Source: a virus | DNA length: 64,000 nt | Direction: 5' to 3' (one strand) | Virus record (IMG/VR): IMGVR_UViG_3300021185_002167 | Coordinates: 1-64,000 of that record | In this document: one piece after another, positions 38,554 to 47,346 of the stretch | Numbering within the stretch: the stretch's first letter is position 1 | Layout: the number at the start of each line of letters is the position of its first letter | Translations under genes and position numbers: made by a program | The notes under the pieces: generated by a model | What the model saw: the letters and a program-made list of their open reading frames with translations, nothing else | What the model was told of the DNA's origin: nothing | The model's database searches: none

Positions 38554-38983
38554 ATGGGATATACGATATCTCGATCTTGCAAAAGAAATTGCGTCATGGT
38601 CTAAAGACCCAAGCAAACAAATTGGTGCTGTCGCAATCGGTGAAAAAGGTCAAGTACTCGCTCAAGGATATAATGGATTCCCAAGAGGTATCGATGATTC
38701 AGAAGAAAAATACTTAGATAAAGAAACTAAGTATAAGTATGTAGTTCATGCAGAAATGAATTGTATATACAATGCAACATATAATGGAGTCTCACTACAA
38801 GGAGCGACTCTATATATTTCTGGACTTCCAACATGTAGTGAATGTGCAAAAGGATTAATTCAAGTAGGTGTCAAAAGAGTTGTATATCAAGCAGACGATA
38901 TACCAAACATTTGGGCAGAAAGTAATGAAAGAACTATTGATATGTTCAGTGAAGCGGATATAAGTTATGAGCGAATACAGTAA
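38537..38983 (+). CDS. cd: dCMP deaminase
   Basis: WSKDPS, GYNGFPRG, HAEMN, PTCSEC; probable TTG start at 38537. Confidence 0.92.
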   Translation: MTLSNKWDIRYLDLAKEIASWSKDPSKQIGAVAIGEKGQVLAQGYNGFPRGIDDSEEKYLDKETKYKYVVHAEMNCIYNATYNGVSLQGATLYISGLPTCSECAKGLIQVGVKRVVYQADDIPNIWAESNERTIDMFSEADISYERIQ

Positions 38984-39266
38984 AGAAGAACTAGAAAATT
39001 CAACCCGTATATTTAAGAGTGCAACTCCTAAGTATACAATTGATTGGTATATTAAATGGATAGCATCAGCTATTCTTTTAGTTGCTATGGCAAGCAGGTC
39101 TAATCCTGAACTTGCTCTCTATGACCAAACGTTTTCCTTAGTTGGAACATTCGGTTGGTTAATAGTAGCTCTCATCTGGAAAGATAGAGCATTGATAATT
39201 TTAAACACGGCAGCAGTCATTATCCTCGGAAGTGGTCTGATAAGTGTTATAACTAATAGTATATAG
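38967..39266 (+). CDS. Small multi-pass membrane protein
   Basis: Three hydrophobic segments; WKDRALIILN. Confidence 0.7.
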   Translation: MSEYSKEELENSTRIFKSATPKYTIDWYIKWIASAILLVAMASRSNPELALYDQTFSLVGTFGWLIVALIWKDRALIILNTAAVIILGSGLISVITNSI

Positions 39267-39328
39267 TGAGCTACTCTGGTAAGCCAGTCAAATTTCTCAC
39301 TCAAATAAACTGATATAAGGAGAAAAAT

Positions 39329-40627
39329 ATGTCATCAAAAATAAAAGCCGGTATCATAGGTGTCGGTTCATGCGCGAAATCTCTCGTAGAGGGAATTCAA
39401 TATTATAACGAAAATCCAGAAGACAAAATAGGTCTAATGTATGAAGATATCGGAGGATATTCAGTACACGACATCGAGTTTGTAGTTGGATTTGATATCG
39501 ACAAAAGGAAAGTAAACAAGAAATTGGCAAAGGCTTTAAGAGCTCAACCAAATTGTGCTATGGACCATGTCGATAAAATCAGTACGGATAGTAACACATC
39601 ATGTGTAACAAAAGATGCAATGGTTTATTCTGCTCCAGAAATGGACGGGATTGCGCCACATATGCATGACTATCCTGATGAAGTAACATTTGTAAATGGT
39701 GCTGTACCAGCTGAATCATTCGAAAGAACGGTTGAGTTATTACAATATCATAATGTAGATGTACTCATTAATTATTTACCAGTAGGTTCAGAAGAAGCTT
39801 CAAGGTATTGGATTGATGTTGCACTTGCAGCTGGTGTTCACTTCGTAAACTGTATTCCTACGTTGATTTCAACAGAAGATGCAACTGAGACTGAGCAAAG
39901 ATTTATCGATGCTGGGTTATCATTCATCGGTTCTGATATGAGATCTGCTTGGGGAGCATCAAGAATGTCTGAAGTTCTGCAAGGAGCTATGCTAGATTCT
40001 GGCTTAATGATTACTCAACATATTCAAATGAATATGGCAGCTGGTTCTACACAAGGACAAGAACATATAAGAACAGGAAGAACAGCAAATACTGACTTCT
40101 TGAATATGGCAAAACAATACAGATTAAAGAACAAACATATCTCAAAAGAGAATGTATTAAAAGGACAAAACATTGTAAGAGATGAATCTACTTCAGGTAT
40201 GACTCTCTTTGCTGGTCCTTCTTTAACTGTACAACAAAAACCAGGTGGAGATTATGTTTCATCTGATAACAAAATAGCTAACTTCGATATGGTAGCTTAT
40301 GGATTTGCAGGAGCAAGATATGAAATGTCAGCAAGACTTTCAGTTCAAGATTCGCCTAACTCAGGTGGAGTCGTTGTTTCAGCAATTAGATTCTGTAAGG
40401 TTGCTTCAGAGATGGGTATTGTTGGTTACTTAAGAGGACCTTCTGCGTGGACTCAAAAGACACCTCCAGTTCAACTTAAAACTGAAGATGCTAAATTCGA
40501 ATGTGATGCTTTAGCGAGAAGAGTCGTAACAGATATGACAAGACCTCAGCTTAAAGATAATAGACCTAAAGCAAAAGACTTGCTTTTTACATTTCAAGAT
40601 TCGGTAAATGACTATGAAAGTAAATAG
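39329..40627 (+). CDS. ino1: Myo-inositol-1-phosphate synthase family protein (divergent)
   Basis: GVGSCAKSLVEGIQYY, FDIDKRKV, NYLPVGSEEA, FVNCIP, NTDFLNM, ISK, DSPNSGG. Confidence 0.9.
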   Translation: MSSKIKAGIIGVGSCAKSLVEGIQYYNENPEDKIGLMYEDIGGYSVHDIEFVVGFDIDKRKVNKKLAKALRAQPNCAMDHVDKISTDSNTSCVTKDAMVYSAPEMDGIAPHMHDYPDEVTFVNGAVPAESFERTVELLQYHNVDVLINYLPVGSEEASRYWIDVALAAGVHFVNCIPTLISTEDATETEQRFIDAGLSFIGSDMRSAWGASRMSEVLQGAMLDSGLMITQHIQMNMAAGSTQGQEHIRTGRTANTDFLNMAKQYRLKNKHISKENVLKGQNIVRDESTSGMTLFAGPSLTVQQKPGGDYVSSDNKIANFDMVAYGFAGARYEMSARLSVQDSPNSGGVVVSAIRFCKVASEMGIVGYLRGPSAWTQKTPPVQLKTEDAKFECDALARRVVTDMTRPQLKDNRPKAKDLLFTFQDSVNDYESK

Positions 40628-41027
40628 TTTCGATATTGACGGTGTAATCTATTTCGGCGATGATGCCACTGGCGTGAGACCCTGTACTGGTGATGTAATC
40701 ATTACAGGGCGGCCATTCCATGATAGAGAAGCTACTATTAAAATGCTAGAATCAAGAGGGATATATAATACAGTGTATATGAATCCACTTGAAAGAGTAC
40801 AGCCAAATGTTAAAATCACAAATGGAATTAAAAATAATCCACTCTATGGTAGAAAAGCTTCAGGTATATTCAAAGGTCAAATGATTAACATGCTAAAAGA
40901 CCTTGGAGTAGAGATTCAAATGCATTTTGAAGATGACCCTATACAAATTAAAGAGATTCAAAAGAGATGTCCTAACGTTTCTATTGTACACTTAAAAAGA
41001 GATAATGAGGAACGTGTCAAGTATTAA
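40608..41027 (+). CDS. HAD-superfamily phosphatase (capless)
   Basis: FDIDGV motif I, ITGR motif II, Lys motif III, FEDD motif IV. Confidence 0.85.
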   Translation: MTMKVNSFDIDGVIYFGDDATGVRPCTGDVIITGRPFHDREATIKMLESRGIYNTVYMNPLERVQPNVKITNGIKNNPLYGRKASGIFKGQMINMLKDLGVEIQMHFEDDPIQIKEIQKRCPNVSIVHLKRDNEERVKY

Positions 41028-42078
41028 TTATAATTACGATTGGTTTAACTACGATAAAGAACTCATGAAAGAGTTCAATTGGTTTCTATATAAAGTTAAT
41101 CAACGATCAGGTATACAACTTGGTTATATTGATGAAGAATATAAGAACGTAAATCGTCATGGTAAAATCGATTATGGTCTTGGAGAAGACGTAGAGTATT
41201 TTCATCCAACAATAACACTTGATGATCGTATGAGATTTATAGGTCAAGAAATTGCAAGCTTAGATACTTCAATTATGAATATCGTTGGCAATACTTTTAT
41301 ATCTCATTTCTATGGTGGAAGAGGAGTTCATTTCTTAGCATCTGGTGAAGAGAATGTCTTTGTAGATTTTGATCGAATAGCAGATGGAGATAATGAGTAT
41401 ATCAACTTTGTTCGAAATAATTTAGATAAAGCAATTCAGAGTAAGCAACCTATATGGGGAACAACTGAATTGCATACATCTATACAAACTGCTGGTAGAA
41501 ACTATTGTAGACAAAAGTATAATGAACCAGATAGAAAGTTTCATGCTGTTGATGTATGTGAATGGGTATCTTCTTTTAGAGATACTGGATTCTTAGATCG
41601 AATGCAAAAATGTAATCATATGTCAGAAATATATGACTTACTGAGAGAACAACCTGGCATTGGACATTACTACGGATTTCATGGTGCAGCATCTTCATCG
41701 GTATTACCACAAATGAAGTATCATCATGACCAAAGATTCGTTGCACCAGGACCAGGAGCTGTCTATACTATTCAGCTTATGTGGCCAGATGCTCCAAAGA
41801 AACTATATGATGAAGCCATTTATTTTATGAGAGAGAATTCAGAAGAGATTGGACTTACTACTCATGTAGATTTTCATCCTAATGCATTTAATATAAATAA
41901 AACAGATGGTACAAAACTTTTTCAATATGAACAAGATTCTCTTAAATACTACGGAACTGAAGTATTGTCATGTCAGTTTGGAGTATATCTACAGATAAGA
42001 GAAGATGAAAAAGCTTGTGCACGTAGACGAGTAGCAAGAGTACAGAAGACAAATAATCTTACTGAATTTTTTGAATAA
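41005..42078 (+). CDS. aGPT-Pplase1 / amino acid:DNA transferase-like protein
   Basis: HhH-like PGIGHYYG, FVAPGPGA, E.LSCQF.VY motifs; C-terminus NNLTEFFE; the start may lie downstream. Confidence 0.7.
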   Translation: MRNVSSINYNYDWFNYDKELMKEFNWFLYKVNQRSGIQLGYIDEEYKNVNRHGKIDYGLGEDVEYFHPTITLDDRMRFIGQEIASLDTSIMNIVGNTFISHFYGGRGVHFLASGEENVFVDFDRIADGDNEYINFVRNNLDKAIQSKQPIWGTTELHTSIQTAGRNYCRQKYNEPDRKFHAVDVCEWVSSFRDTGFLDRMQKCNHMSEIYDLLREQPGIGHYYGFHGAASSSVLPQMKYHHDQRFVAPGPGAVYTIQLMWPDAPKKLYDEAIYFMRENSEEIGLTTHVDFHPNAFNINKTDGTKLFQYEQDSLKYYGTEVLSCQFGVYLQIREDEKACARRRVARVQKTNNLTEFFE

Positions 42079-42082
42079 AACG

Positions 42083-42111
42083 TTTACATTTGACTCAAAC
42101 TATGGTATAAT
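42083..42111 (+). promoter_or_regulatory. Early-type promoter (leaderless mRNA likely)
   Basis: TTTACA 42083, TATAAT 42106-42111, ATG 42118. Confidence 0.8.
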
Positions 42112-42117
42112 ATAACA

Positions 42118-43098
42118 ATGAAGAATATAATTAACTGTCCATTTATTCCGATAGCAAAGAGAGCTGCTTCGCATAGAGGAGCTCAAGGTGTTATGTATGG
42201 AGACCAGATTCGTGAAGCACACGGACATTGTGATGTCAATTACGGAGGTGTAATAGCTGACCACAACTCATACGACGCTCTTTGGGTATATCATGGGAAT
42301 GATTATTCAGGTGGATTAAATATGTTTGGAGGAGTATATGGCTTTCCTTACGTACAGAATACAGTCAATTTTTCTGAGTTCAAAGGTAAAGTCTATTCTA
42401 TTGGAATGGACTTTCCACCTTACCATGAAATGATAAAAACAAAGTTAGAATCAGCCAAAAGAGAAGTACAACCAGAATGGGCTAAAGTTAACTTACAAAA
42501 TTTAGAACGAATGTTTAATACTGCAGAAACAGTTAACTACATTCATCCAACTCGTAAAGTAGTAATAGGTGATAGTCATTCTATTTGCATGTATCGACCA
42601 GGTTGGACAGTAAACAGTGTTCCATTTAAAACATTGAATGGCGCTCTTAAAGAAGGATTCGATTCTTTTATTCCACATGAATACGATGAGCTTGAATGTT
42701 ACTTTGGTAATATAGATATAAGACATCATATTATAAGATTAAATGAAAAGGTAGAAGATCTAGCAGATAGATATATGGAAGAAGCAAGAAAATATAAAGC
42801 TACAATATATGAATTACTACCAATAGAAAACGAATCAAGAAAGATACCACAATCAGGTTATTATAAGAAAGAACCTTTTCATGGTTCATGGCAAGAAAGA
42901 ACAGATGCAAGAAATCAATTTAATGACTATATTGAAAAACAATATGGTATCAAAAGATGGACAAAACATCTATATAATCAAGAAGGAGAACTTGATTTTA
43001 AATATATGGAAAAACCGCAATCAATACATTTATCACGAGAGTTTTATCCATATTGGAATGGATTAGAGACCAATAATTTACAGGAGTTTTTTGGATGA
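42118..43098 (+). CDS. Two-domain protein with a C-terminal SGNH-like domain
   Basis: VVIGDSHS, FGNIDIRHH, SIHLS; C-terminus NNLQEFFG. Confidence 0.6.
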   Translation: MKNIINCPFIPIAKRAASHRGAQGVMYGDQIREAHGHCDVNYGGVIADHNSYDALWVYHGNDYSGGLNMFGGVYGFPYVQNTVNFSEFKGKVYSIGMDFPPYHEMIKTKLESAKREVQPEWAKVNLQNLERMFNTAETVNYIHPTRKVVIGDSHSICMYRPGWTVNSVPFKTLNGALKEGFDSFIPHEYDELECYFGNIDIRHHIIRLNEKVEDLADRYMEEARKYKATIYELLPIENESRKIPQSGYYKKEPFHGSWQERTDARNQFNDYIEKQYGIKRWTKHLYNQEGELDFKYMEKPQSIHLSREFYPYWNGLETNNLQEFFG

Positions 43099-44282
43099 GT
43101 TACGCAAGTATAGTACCACTTATAGGTGGAGAAACAATAGCAATGGAGAATGTCTTTAAAGAGAAGCCAAAGTATTTTCTTACTTTTGACGGCTTTCAAG
43201 ATAATGAATCTCACTTAAACAATTATTACAAACATGAGGTCCCGTATTTGAATCTCTCAGAGGGAGCGAGTTACACAGAAAAAGTTGATGTGATTAATAC
43301 AGTGTGCCCATGTGCGGGGCTTAGTTCCCTTAGTCCCTCTGCTTCAAGCACTAATCCAATGAACGAATGGATGTATAAATCAGCTGAATATGTACTTGGT
43401 GAAGTACAACCGAAAGTCTTTTGGGGAGAGAATGCTCCAAGGCTTGCAAGTAAGATGGGAGAACCTGTAGTAAAGAGATTACGAAAGATAGCAGAGAAGA
43501 ATGGTTATACAATGAGTATCTTTAAAACAAAATCTATATTACATGGATTAAGTCAAGTAAGAGATCGTACATTTTACTTCTTTTGGAAAGGAGACCAAGT
43601 ACCACTCTTTGATTACATATATGAACCACCTACAACAATTGCTGATGATATAAGAGCAGTCAAAAGATGTGATAATGACCCAATGAGTCAGATACTTTGC
43701 AATGACGCTATCCCATCAGAGAATCCATACTATAAATACGTACTAGAAGTATTAGAAGGTGGAATCACACATAAAGAGTTTCAAGATAAAATTGAAAAAA
43801 CTACTAATCCTATGGATTATATAGAAGAAAGAACAACTTATAAAGAAGTTGCAAAATGGATGAGAGAACATGGATATGATAATGTCGCAAAGAAATGCGA
43901 TAGACAATACCATAAGCTCAAGTCAGGTGGTAACATAATGAGAAAAACTACTGAGATTCCTAAAGATAAAATAGGAGCCTTTGTAGGTCATATGCCAACA
44001 TGCTTAACACATCCAGACGAAGACCGATATTTAACAGTAAGAGAAGCTTTATCGCTTATGAAGTTACCATTTAACTTTATACTGTTAAATCCTAAAAGGT
44101 CGTTGAACCACATATGTCAAAATGTACCAGTGACTACAGCTGAGCATCCTGCTCGAATGGTTCAAAAATATTTAAACAATCAGCTTGAGATGGTAGACAC
44201 AAAGTTCTTAGTTCAGGATAATAAAAAAAGAACCTATAATTTTGAAAAAAACAGTTTACAACTCACTGATTTTATGGTATAA
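43095..44282 (+). CDS. C5-cytosine DNA methyltransferase homologue with a degenerate SAM-binding motif
   Basis: PC (CPCAGLS), ENA, QVRDR, RYLTVREA; motif I IVPLIGG, motif X QNVP. Confidence 0.8.
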   Translation: MSYASIVPLIGGETIAMENVFKEKPKYFLTFDGFQDNESHLNNYYKHEVPYLNLSEGASYTEKVDVINTVCPCAGLSSLSPSASSTNPMNEWMYKSAEYVLGEVQPKVFWGENAPRLASKMGEPVVKRLRKIAEKNGYTMSIFKTKSILHGLSQVRDRTFYFFWKGDQVPLFDYIYEPPTTIADDIRAVKRCDNDPMSQILCNDAIPSENPYYKYVLEVLEGGITHKEFQDKIEKTTNPMDYIEERTTYKEVAKWMREHGYDNVAKKCDRQYHKLKSGGNIMRKTTEIPKDKIGAFVGHMPTCLTHPDEDRYLTVREALSLMKLPFNFILLNPKRSLNHICQNVPVTTAEHPARMVQKYLNNQLEMVDTKFLVQDNKKRTYNFEKNSLQLTDFMV

Positions 44283-44283
44283 T
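44255..44283 (+). promoter_or_regulatory. Early-type promoter for rpsU-uvsX
   Basis: TTTACA 44255-17-TATAAT 44278, within the end of the upstream gene. Confidence 0.75.
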
Positions 44284-44316
44284 AGTATATAAGAAAATAA
44301 AACAAAGGAGTGATAT

Positions 44317-44586
44317 ATGCCCAGTATTGATTTAAGGCCAAGGCCAAATCGAAATCCACGAGATAAAAGACCTGTCAAGGAAATGCCGTTTGACATTGGT
44401 TTAAGAAAATTTAAGAAAGCCTGTGAAAAGGCTGGCATCGTACAGGAAGTACGTAAAAGAGAGTTCTACGAAAAACCTACAGCTAAGAAGAAAAGACTCA
44501 AAGCTGAAGCTGTTTCTAGAAGTAGAAAACTACAAAGAATCAATGATTCATACAACAGGCCAAACAAAGCCAGGAGAAGAAAATAA
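44317..44586 (+). CDS. rpsU: Ribosomal protein bS21
   Basis: [32 protein letters not shown]. Confidence 0.92.
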   Translation: MPSIDLRPRPNRNPRDKRPVKEMPFDIGLRKFKKACEKAGIVQEVRKREFYEKPTAKKKRLKAEAVSRSRKLQRINDSYNRPNKARRRK

Positions 44587-45641
44587 TGTCTATAATGGAT
44601 AAATTAAAAAAGAATAGCAAAATCAAAGATAGCGCTATCCTAAAGGAGTCAGTATTATTCAGTAATAAGGACATCATACCAACCTCAGTACCAATGGTCA
44701 ATGTAGCTTTAAGTGGCGACATTGATGGTGGTCTTACATCAGGATTAACAGTACTTGCTGGTCCATCAAAGCATTTCAAAACATCATTTGCTTTATTGAT
44801 GGGTGCAGCATATCTTGAACAGTACGAAGATGCTGTTATGTTATTCTATGATTCAGAGTTTGGTTCACCTCAACAGTATTTCGAATCATTTGGTATCGAT
44901 ACTGATAGAGTATTACATACACCAATCACAGACGTCGAACAACTTAAGTTTGATTTAGTTGGTCAATTGGAGAATATCGAAAGAGACGATAAAGTCGTTA
45001 TTGTTATTGATTCAATTGGTAACCTAGCATCCAAGAAAGAATTGGAAGATGCTATCAACGAGAAATCAGTTGCTGATATGTCAAGAGCTAAAGCATTGAA
45101 GGGACTGTTCAGAATGGTCACTCCTTATCTTACTATGAAGAACATCCCTTTGCTTGCTGTGAATCATACTTATCAAGAGATGGGTTTATTTCCAAAGCAA
45201 GTTGTTGGTGGTGGAACAGGTATCTACTACTCAGCTGATAACATCTGGATTCTAGGTAGAAAGCAAGATAAAAAAGGAACTGAAATCAAAGGGTATCACT
45301 TTGTTATTAACGTTGAGAAATCAAGGTTTGTAAAAGAAAAGTCTAAGATACCTGTAAGTGTTACATGGGAAGGTGGTATCGAAACCTACTCAGGTCTACT
45401 TGAAGTCGCACTTGCTGGTGGCTATGTTACTAAACCAAATGTTGGTTGGTATGCAAAAGTCGATATGGAAACAGGCGAAATTGAAGAAACTAAAGTAAGA
45501 GAAAAAGATACATTACAGAAAAAATTCTGGACGCCAATCTTTGAAAATACTAACTTTAAAGAATTCGTAAAAACTTACTACTCAATAGGACACAAGCCAT
45601 TACTTGATATTGACTTAGACTTAGAGATAGATAATGTATAA
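44586..45641 (+). CDS. uvsX: RecA-like recombinase UvsX
   Basis: AGPSKHFKT, FYDSEFG, IDSIGNLASKKE, DMSRAK, GGGTG. Confidence 0.96.
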   Translation: MSIMDKLKKNSKIKDSAILKESVLFSNKDIIPTSVPMVNVALSGDIDGGLTSGLTVLAGPSKHFKTSFALLMGAAYLEQYEDAVMLFYDSEFGSPQQYFESFGIDTDRVLHTPITDVEQLKFDLVGQLENIERDDKVVIVIDSIGNLASKKELEDAINEKSVADMSRAKALKGLFRMVTPYLTMKNIPLLAVNHTYQEMGLFPKQVVGGGTGIYYSADNIWILGRKQDKKGTEIKGYHFVINVEKSRFVKEKSKIPVSVTWEGGIETYSGLLEVALAGGYVTKPNVGWYAKVDMETGEIEETKVREKDTLQKKFWTPIFENTNFKEFVKTYYSIGHKPLLDIDLDLEIDNV

Positions 45642-45996
45642 TGTTTCTGAAAAAGACTACTCAATAGTAGAAAATAATGAAAGCGCCTTCCAAGGCGTTC
45701 TTCTTAAGACTGGAACTTGGAAAGATGTAATAGTTGTCTATGGACAAGTTGGTATCAGAGAAGACGAATCTCTTGATATGGCAACACTTAGCTTTAATTA
45801 CACAGTCCAAGATCCAGCAGAATTTAGTATAGAAGAACTTGATAAAGACGAAACATTTAAAAATTATCTTGGTTCTATACTACAATATATAATATCAGAT
45901 TCTTTACAATACGCTGAAGAATCGAAACAAAAAATCATAGGAAAAGAAAATGACGAATCAACTACCGACACACATACTCAATCATCTTCTCAATAA
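45634..45996 (+). CDS. Hypothetical protein (gp40 position)
   Basis: Lies between uvsX and gp41. Confidence 0.55.
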   Translation: MYNVSEKDYSIVENNESAFQGVLLKTGTWKDVIVVYGQVGIREDESLDMATLSFNYTVQDPAEFSIEELDKDETFKNYLGSILQYIISDSLQYAEESKQKIIGKENDESTTDTHTQSSSQ

Positions 45997-47335
45997 TGAA
46001 GATTTTTGTAGACGTGTAGTACCTTATCTCAAGAATGAGTATTTCGAAGGTACACATAAAACGGTATTCGATCTTATTGTTTCTTTTGTAAGCAAACATA
46101 ATAAACTACCAACCTCAAAAATACTTGAGCTTGAACTTAAAAAGATTAATGCTCCTGAAGATGTGCTCAATAATGCATCAAGGTTGGTAAATGAAATAGC
46201 TGAAAAGTCCGATATAGATACTGATTATCTTTTAGATGAATCAGAAAAATGGTGTAAAGAGAGAGCAGTTTATAATGCTATCATGGATTCAATACAAATC
46301 ATAGATGGCAAAGACAACGAACGAAGTGAAGGTGCTATACCTGAAATACTTTCTGAAGCTCTTGGTGTTTCATTTGATGAAGCAATTGGCCATGACTATA
46401 TTGACAACTCAGAGGAAAGGTTTGAATTCTATAATAGAAAAGAAGATAGAATACCATTTGACCTTGATTACTTTAATAAGATTACGAAGGGGGGCTTGCC
46501 CAATAAGACCTTAAACATTGCGCTTGCAGGTACGGGCGTGGGCAAGTCCCTATTCATGTGCCATTGCGCAGCAGGTGTTCTTAATCAAGGTAAGAACGTT
46601 TTGTATATAACAATGGAAATGGCAGAGGAACGTATTGCAGAACGTGTCGATGCTAACTTAATGAATTTGCCGATTGAATCACTTGGGTCATTACCTAAAA
46701 ATGTATTCGATGATAAGATTGGTAAGATAGCGAAAGCTGCTACGGGTAAACTTATAGTTAAAGAATATCCTACTGGCTCAGCTCACACTGGTCATTTCAG
46801 AGCTTTACTTAATGAGCTTCGTCTCAAAAAGAACTTTAGTCCTGATATGATCTATATTGACTATTTAAATATTTGTGCGTCAAGTCGTATGAAAGGCATG
46901 GGCGGAAGTATAAATAGTTATACCTATATAAAAGCAATCGCGGAAGAACTTCGCGGTCTTGCTGTGGAATTCAATGTACCGATAGTTTCGGCAACTCAGA
47001 CCACGAGGTCTGGATTCAGTAATACTGATGTTGGACTTGAAGATACATCTGAATCTTTTGGTTTACCTGCAACGGCAGATTTGATGTTTGCTCTTATTTC
47101 AACAGAGGAACTCGAAGAACTTGGCCAAATAATGGTAAAACAATTGAAAAATCGTTATAACGATCCAACCAAATATAAGAGATTTGTAGTTGGCGTAGAT
47201 CGTTCCCGCATGAAACTATATGATGTAGAGGAGTCGGCTCAATCAGATATTATGTCTGACATGGTACCAGATAAGCCGATAAACAAGTTTGGTGAACGCG
47301 AAAGTAATGACTCGTTTGCCGACTTTAAAATATAA
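45950..47335 (+). CDS. gp41: Replicative helicase gp41
   Basis: AGTGVGKSLFMC, TMEMAEERIAER, IDYLNIC, SATQTTR, SESFGLPATAD, QLKNRY. Confidence 0.96.
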   Translation: MTNQLPTHILNHLLNNEDFCRRVVPYLKNEYFEGTHKTVFDLIVSFVSKHNKLPTSKILELELKKINAPEDVLNNASRLVNEIAEKSDIDTDYLLDESEKWCKERAVYNAIMDSIQIIDGKDNERSEGAIPEILSEALGVSFDEAIGHDYIDNSEERFEFYNRKEDRIPFDLDYFNKITKGGLPNKTLNIALAGTGVGKSLFMCHCAAGVLNQGKNVLYITMEMAEERIAERVDANLMNLPIESLGSLPKNVFDDKIGKIAKAATGKLIVKEYPTGSAHTGHFRALLNELRLKKNFSPDMIYIDYLNICASSRMKGMGGSINSYTYIKAIAEELRGLAVEFNVPIVSATQTTRSGFSNTDVGLEDTSESFGLPATADLMFALISTEELEELGQIMVKQLKNRYNDPTKYKRFVVGVDRSRMKLYDVEESAQSDIMSDMVPDKPINKFGERESNDSFADFKI

Positions 47336-47346
47336 AGGAGAAATAT

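Noticed and set aside
39329-41027. MIPS as a purely metabolic auxiliary gene (lipid or compatible solute)
   Set aside because: No CDP-alcohol phosphotransferase nearby, and it is embedded among DNA-modification genes; disfavoured but not excluded
46480-46580. GC-rich patch in gp41
   Set aside because: Coincides with the Gly-rich Walker A region; not enough evidence for a foreign insertion
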